This document shows, piece after piece, positions 41,142-55,747 of a stretch of 64,000 nucleotides of DNA. Source of the DNA: Eledone cirrhosa. Its lineage: Eukaryota. Positions within the stretch are counted from its first letter, which is position 1. Each line of letters opens with the position of its first letter. The stretch is taken from NCBI GenBank assembly GCA_964016885.1, contig OZ024745.1, positions 57,908,001 through 57,972,000 on the forward strand. Direction: 5' to 3'. The notes beneath the pieces were generated by a model that did not search any database, had not been told where the DNA came from, and saw only the letters and a list, made by a program, of their open reading frames with translations. Made by a program: the position numbers and the translations under genes.

Positions 41142-43544
41142 GTGTAAGAGCGTATGTGTACTTCCAATCTTAACTTTACCCATTAAAACATGGCAGTTCG
41201 CGATCAGACGGATATTACAAGATTTGAAGTGCAGCGTAGAAAATTCAATTCCATATCACAATAAGTTACTATTCAGAAATCTGTTGCTCTGTTTTATTAG
41301 TTATTTTCTGTTTGATAGTACACGTAGCTCAAATATCTTCTAGGAATGAACCTATACATAATCTCTCACATTGATTTCTGCAATAGAGTCTGCCAATTTT
41401 ATTGCTTCTGTGAAAAAATTCTATTTGATGTTAGAATCAATATTGTGGGTTGTCCATGTCAATGAAACGAATTTCCTGTGTAATTTAGATTATATCCTAA
41501 ATAGTGGAATACTATCTTATTGGGAAAGAAAATTCCGTTTTTGTTATCTTTGTAAAGTTAGTTTAATAATCTTTTCTGGGTCTATTGACAGCTCTATTGT
41601 TTGACACCTTTTCATTAATAGCAATATATTAGTAGCTCTCATTATGTTGCAGTAGCCAGACACATATGGGGATGGATATGCAATATACGTGTTAGTTTTG
41701 AATGATGTGTATAGAAGAGCGTATTCATAAGGACATCTATACAAGGGTACATGATTATATTTATACGCCTGCAAATTATTAATATATGTGCATACACACG
41801 CACACATACATACACAGAGTTTTGTATAATGATATGTATATATATATATATATATATATAAACATAGATTTATACAAGGATATATACATTCCAGGACGCA
41901 AATACACGTAAATCCTACGCCTGATAGATCTCCCACAACAAACACCTATACACAGATTCAGAGGCATAATTATTCGCTGATCAAAAGACCATAATATCTC
42001 AAATGTAGGCACATGAATAATCATTCACATCTTCCTGTGAGCCGTGGAAGAGTTAGATATATTTACATTTTACACTTCATTAATTCCAGAATTTAGGTTT
42101 CTATTTCAAAAGCGTTAATCCGATTTACCTCATGTTTAACTAACAACCATTAAATAAATGCTATGTTCTAGCGTAAATATTTATAATTTACATACATACA
42201 TAATACATACAATCATACATACATACATAACATAACATACATACATATATACATACACACACATACATATTTACATACAGGTGTCAAAATGTGCATTTTT
42301 TTACATGTTAATTTGAGCCTTCCTCTGAACGGTTTGAAGTTATGACATCTACAGGAAGGTGACAACTATAAATATCTTTGACAGGATGATAATCTTAGAT
42401 ATGACGGGCCAAGACGTAAGGAGAAAATCAACAATGAATACCTCCTTAGAGTAAAACATTATGGTCATTAAAACTGACAGCGTGGAAGCGTATTTCCTAT
42501 AAAAATTTTCTCTTTAAATCGGAACGCTAGCATTTGGCCTGGTGAACTGGCCATTGCATGAACGAAACGAAGTAGATGTAAGTATTCCCAAGCTGTTCAG
42601 TACTATTTAACACTTTAACATAAATGTTTACATTGCGAAAAGTGTAGCCGGGCCTTAAAATCCATATTATCATCGTACGAGACCCGGCTAATCACATTAA
42701 AGAAACATCTTCAAAAAAGGCAGAGGGTCAGCAACCATCTCAGTCAGGTTTTGAGGCATGAAAATAACAATATTGCTTGGATATCTTTTGATATAACGGA
42801 AAAACACGAAATAAAAGCTAACAAATTTCTTTCGCAGGAACATTGAGACACTCTCCCCAAACGATAAAATAGAAAGTAATCAATTTTGCTACGAAGATTA
42901 TATATGTGTACTTGAGACGTGGAATGCAAACCATAGAAGGGATAAATTATACTAAAAGATTGGCATGGAGTTCCGACAAGTTCATTACTTCTCATCTGGA
43001 ATGATTCCAGTATGCAATCCTGCAACAGCTAATTCCCACCAAGCGTCTACATCACAAAGTCTTCATGGGCGACAAATATAAGCAGTGCGAATCGTGATTT
43101 GCAACCAAGAAAGAATGTTTTTTTCCTTAATACCGTCTCATCAGAAATTATTATGGTAGCCTGACCCGTCTGAGATGCCCTACAGTAGACTAAATTAACA
43201 ACAAATAGGGAGAAACATGTTGCGATTGGTACCCCAAATAAATATTGGTGGAACCTAGCAATCAAAACTCCACTGGACTGATACAGTTGTTTAGAATCAC
43301 ACATTAAATCCATGCTCTGTTGTAGAAGTAATCTGCTCAGTCAATGCCAATGCAGAAATAAAAATACAAGATATTTCCATACCATTGATGGAGGCTTTGC
43401 AGATGAAGTACTCAAGAAACGTTTTCAGCTTCATACCGCTTATTATTGGGGCTATATGATATACACCAATACACCCGGACCCAAATGTAGCTGACCTTGA
43501 ATTTTTTGAGAAAGGAAGTGACTTCTTAATCCATAGGCTACAAA

Positions 43545-44065
43545 TGGCCACTATATGTGGAATATTTCAAATATGTAAACAATTCTTACAATTCAAAAGA
43601 TGAACGATTGTACAAGGGACGACGATAATTTCATTTTACTTACAGCCTAGCCATAGTGGAAATGGCAGGTCAAAATAAATACGCAATAAAGAAAAAGTGA
43701 CACCATCCACCTAACCGTCCATCCATCTGTGCATACATACATACATGTTTGATTAAGTATGTGTGCGTGCGTGCATACTTGCGTTCTGTACTATATCTAT
43801 CAATGTATACAAATGAATGATACCAATTATTATTGTAACAAGTGGGTATATACCAATACGCACAGAACAAAATATGTCTGAACTTTGACACAGCTCCTTA
43901 ATTCATAAGATATCAATGGCCGCGGCATCTGGAACATTCAAAATCTATAAAACATTCTTACAATTCAAAGGACAAACGCTTGCACGAAGAACAACGAGAA
44001 TTTCCTTTCCTTTACACCCTTGCCACTGGAAAGTGGCAGGTCAAAACTCAAAAATAAATTCACAT
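43545..44065 (+). repeat. Two diverged ~135-150 bp direct repeats (43545-43680 and 43915-44065)
   Basis: Both contain AATGGCC..TTCTTACAATTCAAA.GA..GGCAGGTCAAAA. Confidence 0.65.
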
Positions 44066-44541
44066 TTAAGAGAAGGAGACAATAACCATACTTACACACA
44101 AACATACAAACGTATATACAGAGACCATTCTCCGCTATAGTAAGTATGTCTAGGTGAGTGTGTTTTGTAATGTATCAATCAATATATAGAGATGAACGAA
44201 ATGGGAAAACTCGGTTTTTGACATGTCAAATCATGACCATGCACCGTCACATTTCTAGTGGTGGTTCATTTAATTCAATACAACGATATTTATTCTTTAG
44301 TAAAGGGTTATCCTTACTCCAGTAATGTAAAATGTGATATAAATTTATGATGAACAGGAATCACTGAAACATGCCAATACAGCAACTTCGAAGAAGTTTG
44401 AACCAGTAACAGATTTTGAATAAAACATTTTTCCTAAAGACTCTCATATACTATAGACAATATATACTAGGAGGCTGTGGCTTAGAGAATGGTTAAGAAA
44501 TACAAATTGTCTTTCTTTAAGTGGAAGTGCAAACAATACAA

Positions 44542-44929
44542 ACTCGGAACAACATACTTGCTTGTTTCGTACATGCATTTTAATAAGTGTTTCTACTCTT
44601 GACAGCAATTATCCCAGCGCATTACTGCTACTTTATTTTATCGAGCCCTCAAGGATGAGAGGCAAAGTTATCCTCGCCGGGATTTGAACTCGGAACAACA
44701 TACTTGCTTCATTCGTACATGCATTTTAATAATTGTTTCTACTCTTGACACAAGGCCAGCAATTAACCCAGTGCATTTCTGCTACTTTATTTTATCGACC
44801 CCGTAAGGATGAAAGGCAAAGTTAACGTCGCCGGGATTTTAACTCAGACTGTAATGGGACGTAACTCTATGCTGGAAAGCATGGCGTCCGACCCTCTACC
44901 GATACTGCCAATCCATGCATGTTAATAAT
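44542..44929 (-). mobile_element. Meta-like SINE with TSD, plus a later ~146 bp tandem duplication of flank and SINE 3' half
   Basis: TSD CATGCAT(T/G)TTAATAAT at ~44718 and ~44914. AACTCGGAACAACATACTTGCTT is repeated at ~44542 and ~44687. Confidence 0.8.
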
Positions 44930-44980
44930 GTATGATACTTTATAACGCTATGTGTGTGTGCATATGTGCAAGATATTTTA

Positions 44981-45195
44981 TTTCCCGTTGCTCCAGTCTG
45001 CTCAGCTGGAAAAAAATAAGCTGTACCTGTAATTCAAACGGCCAGCCTTGTCACATTCTGTGACACGCTGTATCTCCATGAGATCTCGTTAAGTGTACAT
45101 GTGTCTGTGAAATTATCAGCCGTTAGTTTCACGAGCAGGTTGTTCCATTGATCGTATCAACTGGAACACGCGTCGTCGTTATTGACGGAGTCTCA
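44981..45195 (+). mobile_element. 5'-truncated SINE of a third family
   Basis: TTGCTCCAGTCTGCTCAGCTG..CCTTGTCACATTCTGTGACACGCTG..GTTCCATTGATCGTATCAACTGGAAC..GACGGAGT. A second copy lies at ~18.4 kb. Confidence 0.55.
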
Positions 45196-46442
45196 TTTAT
45201 ATATGTATATGTGATGCCTGTGTAATATTTTGCTTATAAATGTCAACATAACCTATTGATGCCGACTACAATTTGAACTTTCATGTATGCAATTTCACAT
45301 CTCACTTGAATTTCAATAAAACCTTGTTCGTAATTTCTATTAGCTGCCATCCACAGCCACGGAGAAATTCACAATGATTAAAATAGACCTGGCGTGTTTC
45401 AGTAAATTCTATCTATGAATTTAGTGGCAAATATAAAGCTCTATAAGAAGACATCTCTCCCCGAGCCACAAGCTGTTGGCCTCAATCCAAACCACCTGGC
45501 TGTAAACCAATTTGGAAATGTTATATATGCATACTATATTTTAAAAATATATAATATAAATATTGCATATATATATATGAGTGTGTGTATGTGTGTGTGT
45601 GTATAAATGTGGGATTTGTGCCAAGAAAGTTCCCAATCGAGGCACAATTTCTTGGACAAAGTTGTTTAAGGAAATCCAGCAGCCTTTCCTCTATACGCCA
45701 CTGAGCCAGTGTCTTTGCAATTCATTTCTACAGCTGAATAAACAGGAGCAACGTGAAATGAAGTGTTTTACTCAAAGATAGAACGCACCACGTATCTTAG
45801 TTTAATATAGACTTATATTTCACGATTGGTTTGGCTTTTAGGAATGTAAATTTTACGAGTTTTGAATCCGACGGTCTTGTCCACTAGATGTTTTGTTTAT
45901 CGTTGTCTTTGTTTTTTGAGTGCCTTATTTACGTACAGGGCATTCGAAGATTGATTTGGTTAGTTCTCTCTCTCTCTATATATATATATATGTAGTCTAT
46001 ATATGTGTAGTGTAAGTGTATGTTAATTTGGGGTAGTTATCGATCGTGAATATATTGGTTGAAGCAATAACGGTCTTTTTTACGTATATATTATATATGT
46101 ATGTTTGCATCAATTGGCTACTATGCATATGTTTACCGTCCTACCTCTTTATCCTTGGATAAGTTTGTAGATGTGTAGCTCTTTTCGCGTTTGTACATAG
46201 CGTATAATTGCAATTGAATTTTTGTGTATATAGGGATTGATATTCTCATGATTTCATCTGTATATGTTTATCTATGTGAAAATTACACATGTAAAAATGG
46301 GTTGACACAGAAAAACAATAGACAATATTGTTCCTAGTTTATTGCCTTTTGTCACCGCTAGATCAAAAGTATGGCTATGGTCATGTAAAAAACATACCGT
46401 ATTGAGGATTTTGGTTTGCAAAGGAATAGAATAGTATTATTA

Positions 46443-46632
46443 TCGGTGGATTGACAGTATCGGTAGAGGGTCGGGCACTATGCTTTGATGCATAGAGTTA
46501 CATCTCTTGCCATTCTGAGTTCAAATCCCGCCGAGGTTAACTTTGCCTTTCATCCTTACGGGGTCGATAAAATGAAGTACCAGTAATGCTCTGTGTAATT
46601 GCTGGCCTTGTGCCAAAAGTAGAAACAATTAT
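46443..46632 (+). mobile_element. tRNA-derived Meta-like SINE
   Basis: Full-length match to the SINE consensus. Confidence 0.85.
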
Positions 46633-46857
46633 TATTCTATATAAAACTCTCGAATACATTTCCGTGTCCGCGATGTTAGAGAAAAAAAAACAAATTCTAA
46701 GTTTGTTATATAATAAGTGTTTAGATGGATATCCAGTAATTTCGATCTTGTTGTTGACAATTTTCCCAACAAATTCGTTTGGCAATACACAAAGGATTAT
46801 TGTAATACAACATCCCAGCCAGAAGCCTAAAGCTAGATAAACAATATAATTATTGTG

Positions 46858-47010
<153 letters not shown>

Positions 47011-47157
47011 CGTGTATATATATATATATATATATACATAGCGTGAAACTAAAAGCCATATCATTTGTACTACCTCTCTGTTTTTTGTCCTCTGTTCATT
47101 TATTTAACTATACATATATATATATATAGTTAAAGAAAGAAGATAACTTGTTATCCA

Positions 47158-47188
<31 letters not shown>

Positions 47189-47249
47189 CACACACACACA
47201 CATATATAAATATGCAACAATGTATATTATGATGCATATACACATATAT

Positions 47250-47313
<64 letters not shown>

Positions 47314-47888
47314 TGACTGCTATTATTGAACTGTATGCAAAAATATGTATGCATCCATCTATGAACGCACGGTTACCTGTATGCGCTTGTTGCTACATGT
47401 GCATAGTGTTCATATATATCTGCATATATGCTTTGTGCATTCATATATGATGCGTATGCATATATGTATGCACACCCGTCTTGGCACTAATGTGTGTACA
47501 CTTGAATAAGTATAGATGAAGACTCAGAAGAGCAGCTCCATGTTTGCTTGCGTGCAATTGTATGCAGCGCGTGTTCTTTGTAAAGGTAAGCTGCTGTCAC
47601 TGTGTGAAATGCCTGTAGTAATTTTTGCACGCGTGTTAGAAGAGTATATCACTATATGCACTTGCATTATATCCCTATTGTGCATACACGCATATGGGTG
47701 GGCTTCTTATTCATTTTTCGGAAATATATCTTTGTGATCGTTTACATAGAATTGCATGCATTTATGAAAATGGAGGCGTGCATATGACAGCAAATATATA
47801 TGTAAATGTATGTATGTATGTATGTATATATATATATACGGGTGCACAGTCATATGCTTGTACATATTTTGGAGTGTGCACTATTGTG

Positions 47889-48257
<369 letters not shown>

Positions 48258-48632
48258 TTTCTGCGTGTGTGTGTGTGTGTTTGTGCGTCTGTGTGCTCGT
48301 GTCTGAATATGTGATTTCGTGCATTTGTCTATATGCATGTATGTGTGCATGTATGCATGTTTATACATGCCCTGTCTCTGTAAGTGCAACCTTGTTGCTT
48401 GCAGGGTCAGTCATGAAGAATTTGATGCAAGAAGCTGCTATACAAGGTGCAAAGCAGAGCACGTTTACCTATAAAACTAGGCTGTGAATTTTATAGCAGC
48501 TATTGATGCTGCAGCTGCTGTACTTGGTGGTGCAGCATTAATTCGTGCCGTTTTTCTTAGCGATGATGATGATAATGTTTATGTGGAAGCTTTTTTCTGT
48601 TGCTTCTTCATCTACTGGTGTTGCTGCAAATT

Positions 48633-48633
48633 T

Positions 48634-48678
<45 letters not shown>

Positions 48679-48877
48679 CACTGTTGGTGCTGCTGTGGAT
48701 GCTATTACTACTACTACTGCTACTGCTGCTGCCGCTGCTGCTATTACTACTACTACTGCTGCTGCTGCTGCAGCTGCTGTTGTCTCTGCTACTACTACTG
48801 CTACTACTACTTCTATAACTGCTGCTGCTGCTCTGCTACTACTACTACTACTACTACTTCTACTTCTTCTGTAACTG

Positions 48878-48966
<89 letters not shown>

Positions 48967-49743
48967 TATAATTATAATAATAATAATACTATTACTACTA
49001 CTACCACTACAAACTACGTCAGATAACAGTATTTCTACTTCTAATACATACAACCAATTTTGATGATGATCATCATCATCATCACCATGGAAAGAATCGG
49101 ACTCTGAAAAGAACACTGAGTATAAAAGAAAATTACAGCATATTCAGATAGATGTTATCCGACATTGACAGTCATGTATGTTGGTGGAGTAGAAGAAGAA
49201 GAAGAAGAAGAAGAAGAAGAAGAAGAAGAAGAAGAAGAAGAAGAAGAAGAAGAAGAAGAAGAAGAAGAAGAAGAAGAAGAAGAAGAAGAAGAAGAAGAAG
49301 AAGAAGAAGAAGAAGAAGAAGAAGAAGAAGAAGAAGAAGAAGAAGAAGAAACAAACGAGCCATACTTAGTGAAAAACGGCAAGTAAACGAAGAAAGGAAG
49401 AGTAAATTAAAGAAAGTAAAAATAAGTAAACATTCGCCAAAGAGGGGAAAGAAATAAAAGAAAGGAGCAAACAAAGAGAAAAAAACGTGAAACAAAGAAA
49501 ACAAGACAAGCAGATCTAGCCAGAAATAAAAGGATTGCAAAAGAAAGAAAGAGCCAAACAAAGTAATTTCTAGAAGAAATTAAAATCAGGTAAAAAGGAA
49601 GAAAAATTCAGATTGATGTAGTTTTCTTTCGATATCATTTTTCTCCTCCAGATCTCATTCCTTTCAGACAGAATAGAATGGAGGGTGAATACAAGGTAGA
49701 AAACAGACGATAATAATGAATATATGGAGAGAAAAAAACCTAT

Positions 49744-49801
<58 letters not shown>

Positions 49802-49917
49802 CAGTAGTAGTAGTAGCAGTAGTAGCATCAATAGCAGTAGCAGTAGCAGTAGCAGTTGGAGAAGCAGCAGGAGCAACAGTAGGGGCAGCAAAAGAAGGAG
49901 GTGAAGCAGGAGCCGCA

Positions 49918-49980
<63 letters not shown>

Positions 49981-49994
49981 CGGTAGCGGTAGTG

Positions 49995-50052
<58 letters not shown>
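48633..50052. repeat. Trinucleotide microsatellite cluster: (CTA)/(CTG)/(AAT) 48633-49010, (GAA) 49192-49350, (TAG) 49745-50052
   Basis: Direct reading. Confidence 0.95.
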
Positions 50053-50055
<3 letters not shown>

Positions 50056-50244
50056 AAAGGCAGGAAGATTAAAAACTAGAGTGATAGACGAGAAAATAAC
50101 GAAAGGAAAACTGCAATAAAGTTGCGGAAAAAGTGAGTTTGAAAGAACAAAGAAGACTATCAGAGAAATAGTCCTAATGTAAGTTTGAAACTGGTGATTC
50201 GCTCCGATGTTGTTGCTTAGGTCCTTCATTCCATTGAAAAAAAG

Positions 50245-50570
<326 letters not shown>

Positions 50571-51049
50571 GAAAGTGTTAGTTCCACAACAAATTAGCAA
50601 ACCATACTCGAGAACGCATCTTTACTATAGCAGATTTTCAACTCTGCTCTCATTAAAATGAAAGTCGCTTGATCGAACTCCGTGACAACAAAGCATGCAA
50701 TCTCTATAACCATTCGTCATCCTTTTTTGGCTTGTGTCTGGATATCAGTTTTGTAGGTTGGAGTAGATCATATATGTGTCGTACAAACGTATAGTATTGG
50801 AATTAAAATATATAGCTTTTGAGGAGTGGTGTCATGTGTAAGCTTAACAAGCTGGGAGCACATTGTCATAAAACTGCCTATCTAACTTCTCCACATTTCT
50901 GACAGATCAGCAGCATGTTTCGGTGAGGGCCTGAGCTGCCGACTTTATAGAAGGGTCTGGGAAAGGTGAGCCAAACAAATTCCTATTCAACTATCTAGAT
51001 AGTATGTAACTTGTAGCTCTTAGCCTATTGCAAATACACAGGAGGTAAA

Positions 51050-51850
51050 TACAGATTAGGTGTGGTAACCTGGAACACCAGCATAATTTGTGATTGCAAC
51101 AGGTGTCTGGCATGATAGCAAAATACTGACAAAATACTGCCTCTCAGTAACCCGTTTTAGTAATGAACATCAAGTGACAGACACAGGCGTAGGGTACACA
51201 TTTTTCTGGAATGGTACACCAAAGGGTTGCCATTTGTGCAGTGTTAACCGAACAAATTTAACATACGCATATCATTTGTGGTAGAAACATGATCTTTCTG
51301 TTCGTGCTCCCACGCTTGACAGAGCAAAGAATCTATCATAGCATTCTATCGAGAGATTAGATGATTCATAATCCCGATTCCAAACGCATACTAGGCTCTC
51401 CTTGATGATTCAACCACACAAATTATACCTAGTCACGAGATGTGGGATGCCCTAGGGAATCATTGTCAACGCTAGATGAACGGTAATAGTATTCACATTC
51501 TTCAGCATTGCACTGAATTTAAATTCCTTAATTTCAACACAGTTTGCCACCACAATGATGTTCATAATATTACAAGTATTCACTCAAGATCCTAACATAG
51601 GCATATTTTCGATTCTCTTCGTATAATCGAGGACTTTCCAAACCTGCGTTCAGAGGGTGCAGATGTCGTTGCTCACAACGAAAGAGACATGCAAGTTTTA
51701 ATGAATCTCTTACTTTGGACAGGCATTTCTTTAGACATCCCTTCAACCTGAAGAAAACTAAGTTCATTTTCACTCCGCCTCAAGACAAACCTATGTCAAA
51801 CATAATACCTTAGTCCTGGTACAAGATTGCAAATGCCAAGTATCATAGAA
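51050..51850 (+). mobile_element. Decayed RTE-BovB-like LINE (APE endonuclease region)
   Basis: LSVTRFSNEHQVTDTGVGYTFFWNG matches ALSETR..G.GYTFFWSG, with downstream APT- and HPRS.H-like remnants. Confidence 0.65.
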
Positions 51851-52084
51851 TTTAGGCATTGTTATATGGAAATCGTGAGCAATATTAATTATTAAGGAGT
51901 TAGATGATAATCACTTATTTTTCTTTTAGGAGATTGACATAACGTGTGTGTAATTTGACATGATTTGTGTGTAATTTACTTGTGTGACATTAGCCAAATC
52001 GAAGGAAGTTATTTACAGTGTTTACAATATGCTGAAGGTAACTAACTTTCCTATTAAGAAAAATAGCGATCTTCTTTAAAACGA

Positions 52085-52273
52085 TAATTGTTTCTACTTT
52101 AGGCACAAGGCCAGCAATTACCCAGTGCATTACTGGTACTTTATTTTATCGACCCCGTAAGGATGAAAGGCAAAGTCAACCTCGACTGGATTTGAACTCA
52201 GATCGTAAAGGGACGTAACTATGCTGGAAAGCATGGCGTCCGACCCTCTACCGATACTTCCAATCCACCGCCC
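52085..52273 (-). mobile_element. tRNA-derived Meta-like SINE
   Basis: Full-length reverse-complement match with a short TSD-like CGATAAT on both sides. Confidence 0.85.
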
Positions 52274-52432
52274 GATAATATGGTTTGTGACTTCAAGCAG
52301 AATGTTGGTCATAATATTTCTTAATGAACTTAGCGCTAAAGAAAGTAGGGTATAATTATACTATTTAGTTGGGATAGAACCGAAGCCATGCTTCGTATTG
52401 TATGGATCGCATTATTATAGTTAAGTTGAGCA

Positions 52433-52652
52433 TGGTGGTTGGCAGTATCGGTTAAGCGCCGGACAACATGCTTTGTAGCAGAGAGTTACGGCCCTTTATG
52501 TTCTGCGTTCAAATCCCGCCGAGGCTATCTTTACCTTTCATCCTTACGGGGTCGATAAAATAAAGTACCAGTAACATACTGGGGTCGATTTAATCGACTT
52601 TCCCTTCCCCAAAAATGTGCTGGCCTTGTGCCTAAATCAGAAACCATTATTA
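52433..52652 (+). mobile_element. tRNA-derived Meta-like SINE (longer subfamily)
   Basis: Same head and core, plus an extra CTGGGGTCGATTTAATCGACT..CCCCAAAA segment. Confidence 0.85.
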
Positions 52653-52661
52653 TAGTTAAGT

Positions 52662-53030
52662 GTAGAACGGATCCGGCTATCGGCCGAGTCCATAATGAAG
52701 ATCGACCTGCCGCCTTCTTTTGGCCAGGAAGGGCAGGCAATTGTCCTCTGCCTGGTGGCAGTAGCGAAAGAGGTTGTATGGTGGACGAGGTTGAAAAGAC
52801 TGAAGACAGACACTTTTCTCTTCGGCCAATCCCTCATGAACTTTTTCAAGTTTCACTTGGAGAGGAAGATGAGAGTGGAGAGAGAAGTGCTGCCCCCCCC
52901 CCCAGTATTTTTATTGTTACTTTGTTATTGTTATTCATATTGTTTACTCGATTTTTCTGTAAAACCCCACTGTCCCAGTCTCCTGTATTGTCTCCTATAT
53001 GTCGACCCTTGTGGCCAATAAATGAAATCA
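52662..53030 (+). mobile_element. Tx1/L1-group LINE 3' end
   Basis: AIVLCLVAVAKEVVWWTRLK..FFKFHLERKMRVERE matches the AK..IW..R C-terminal motif. A T-rich 3' UTR ends in AATAAA. Confidence 0.65.
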
Positions 53031-53035
53031 TTATT

Positions 53036-53225
53036 ATGGATTAGCAGTATCGGTTGAGGGTCTGGCGCCATGCTTTGGTACATAGAATTATGGCCCTTGC
53101 GATTCTGAGTTCAAATCCTGCCGAGGTTAACTTTGCCTTTCATCCTTACGGGGTCGATAAAATAAAGTACCAGTAATGAGCTGGGTAATTGCTGGCCTTG
53201 TGTCAAAAGGAGAAACAATTATTAT
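53036..53225 (+). mobile_element. tRNA-derived Meta-like SINE
   Basis: Near full-length match to the SINE consensus. Confidence 0.85.
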
Positions 53226-54419
53226 AGTTAAGTTTTAAAGCTAGGAATGTGTACGTGCACACATTCTACACAAGAAGTTAAATTGAATTTCTCAGTGTGT
53301 TTCATTTTATTTCAAATCGTACTGTATAGAAACGTATTTGGTATAATTACATATTCAGTAATGTACAAAGCGTTGTACTTTTCGGCATTGAATAGTCTGG
53401 TGTATGAGATAAAAATCATTTCATTGAGGTTCACAGAAAAGTTTTAGAATGTCTGTGCTGATATTTTAAAGTCGTCTACTCCATCGAAGGAATTTCTAAA
53501 TTACTTATTTAGAAACAACTATTGTTTAAAATATTTTAAATGTTCATATCTATACACACAGGTATCATTTGGCACGTCAATTTTAAATGGACAAAAGAAC
53601 CTCAAAAGACACAAATGCGCAGATGTGACATTGCTATTTGTTACTGAAATAGGATTTAAAAAATATGATATGTTCAGTTAGTGTGTATCAATTATGACTA
53701 GAATGCACGGTGATAATATAAAACGAATGAACTTGCCAAATGGATGAAATCATGTACATTCACGCTAGGGAAAAACTATAAACGTAGAGCCCAAGTTGTG
53801 GGTCATATGAGATGATTCAAACACCAAGTTAGGGTAACCTTTTCCGCTAAGAAAGCCATAGTAAACCCAGGCGTTAGATGAACACCATTATCCAGCAGGA
53901 TCCCTTCCATTCGTATTTTGCATGACCACACAACATCACTATCTTACACGTCTATGCTCCAGTTTCTTGATTAATAAATATTGATTATAAACACCTATGC
54001 ATTCCAATCATCATGATTGCTTTTAACTGAAAATAGAATCAGTGCTAAAGTGTGTGCAAGTGTGTGCACTGTACATGCGTACAATAGTAGCTTATAATTC
54101 TTGTTTTTAATGTGATACCTTCCCCCTCCCATAATTTTCCCACCATTGATATTTACTACACCAAACTAACCTTTTCCTACCTATTTCTATGAATTTTGCC
54201 ATCACTAATTATCTAGCTTCTCCTAGCACAACTAATCATAAATATTAGGTTTTTGTTATATTCCTATAGAGATTGAAAAAAAACCCAGAATATCGTAGTA
54301 ATCAACGAGATAGAATACAGTTTTACAAATAAAGTAGACATATTCTGTTTTACTGCTTTCTAGCATCTGGCCTGATCCAGGAATGTTATATATATATATA
54401 ATATATATATATATCAATT

Positions 54420-54504
<85 letters not shown>

Positions 54505-54507
<3 letters not shown>

Positions 54508-54672
54508 ATAATAATAAAATTGAAGACTAAAATCCAAAGAGGGCTCGATAAGGAAAATATATATCAAATATATAAGAACCGTAGAGTAAATATTTATTAA
54601 AATAACAGATTAAAGTTTAAGCAAAGAATCGCTGCTTTCAGCTTAAACTTTAATCTGTTATTTTAATAAATA
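54505..54672 (-). mobile_element. Family I element end, fold-back starting at the HHR GAAA
   Basis: Reverse-complement homologue of 60048-60185. The inversion junction is GAATCGCTGCTTTCA|GCTTAAAC. Confidence 0.75.
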
Positions 54673-54722
54673 TATATATATATATATCAAAATGAAAATC
54701 TGAAGGCAAGGTAAAATTCCAA

Positions 54723-54810
54723 TCATTTCATCACGACACATGTTTCAATAAGAGATAGATCGATTGTGAAGCCATAATCGATTATCACTGATCTCATCAG
54801 GTGAAAATGA
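54723..54810 (-). ncRNA. Type I hammerhead ribozyme with long stem II (family L) in a ~140 bp insert between (TA)n tracts
   Basis: Reverse complement reads TCAC-CTGATGA-GATCAGTGATAATCGATT atggcttcac AATCGATCTATCTCTTATT-GAAA-CATGTG-TC^GTGA. Stem I extends as TCATTT/AAATGA. Confidence 0.8.
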
Positions 54811-54824
54811 ATTGTCTTCAAATT

Positions 54825-54948
<124 letters not shown>

Positions 54949-54983
54949 ATATATATGTATATATATATTTGTATATATATATA

Positions 54984-55049
<66 letters not shown>

Positions 55050-55052
55050 TAT

Positions 55053-55447
55053 CTAAGGCGGGTAAAATTCCCGAGATCCATGGACGAGTTCTCTCCAGCG
55101 GTCTCTGTCCCTCATTATCGCTGCCATGTCCTGCGTCTCCAACAGACCAGTGTCTGTCCTTAGGGCATCAACATACGTTAACCTTGGTCTTCCTCTTCTA
55201 ATGTGACCATGTAGGGGCTCCCACAGGAGCACTGAGTGCAATGTCAAGTGGAGTCTGTGCTGCTGTACTGACCAAGAAACTCACTCAGATGGTGGATGAG
55301 TGCTACACGAGAATGCTGAGGATGGCTCTGAACATTAATCAGTATACACTGAGGATGAAAAACTCAGAGCTGTATGGGAGCATCCCAAAAGTCAGCTCAA
55401 AAGTGACACAGAGGAGACTGAGGTTAGCTGGACATGCTCACCGACAT
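55053..55447 (-). mobile_element. RTE LINE 3' end with 5' inversion
   Basis: Minus 55053-55247: [33 protein letters not shown]. Plus 55248-55447: YTRMLRMALNI..RRLRLAGHAHRH, the immediately upstream coding segment, inverted. Confidence 0.85.
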
Positions 55448-55455
55448 ATATATGC

Positions 55456-55534
<79 letters not shown>

Positions 55535-55698
55535 CATGTGCAAACAGCCGAAGTGTATGACAAATTCTGTCTTTAAAGGTTTGTAAGGTGTGTAACCGAA
55601 AATGTAACAATGTGTCTATAAATGTATACATTTATAATATGCTGACATGTTAACATCCCAGAAAATGCGTATTTCCTAGTAAATTGAAATATTGATAA

Positions 55699-55747
55699 AC
55701 ACCTTTAATCCATTTTCGGGTCAAATTATATCCTCATCAGAAGACGT
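55699..55747 (-). ncRNA. Type I hammerhead ribozyme, partly decayed (family K)
   Basis: Reverse complement reads ACGTCTT-CTGATGA-GGATATAATTTGACCC-GAAA-ATGGAT-TA^AAGGTGT. Stem I is 7 bp with wobbles; stem II has mismatches. Confidence 0.6.
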
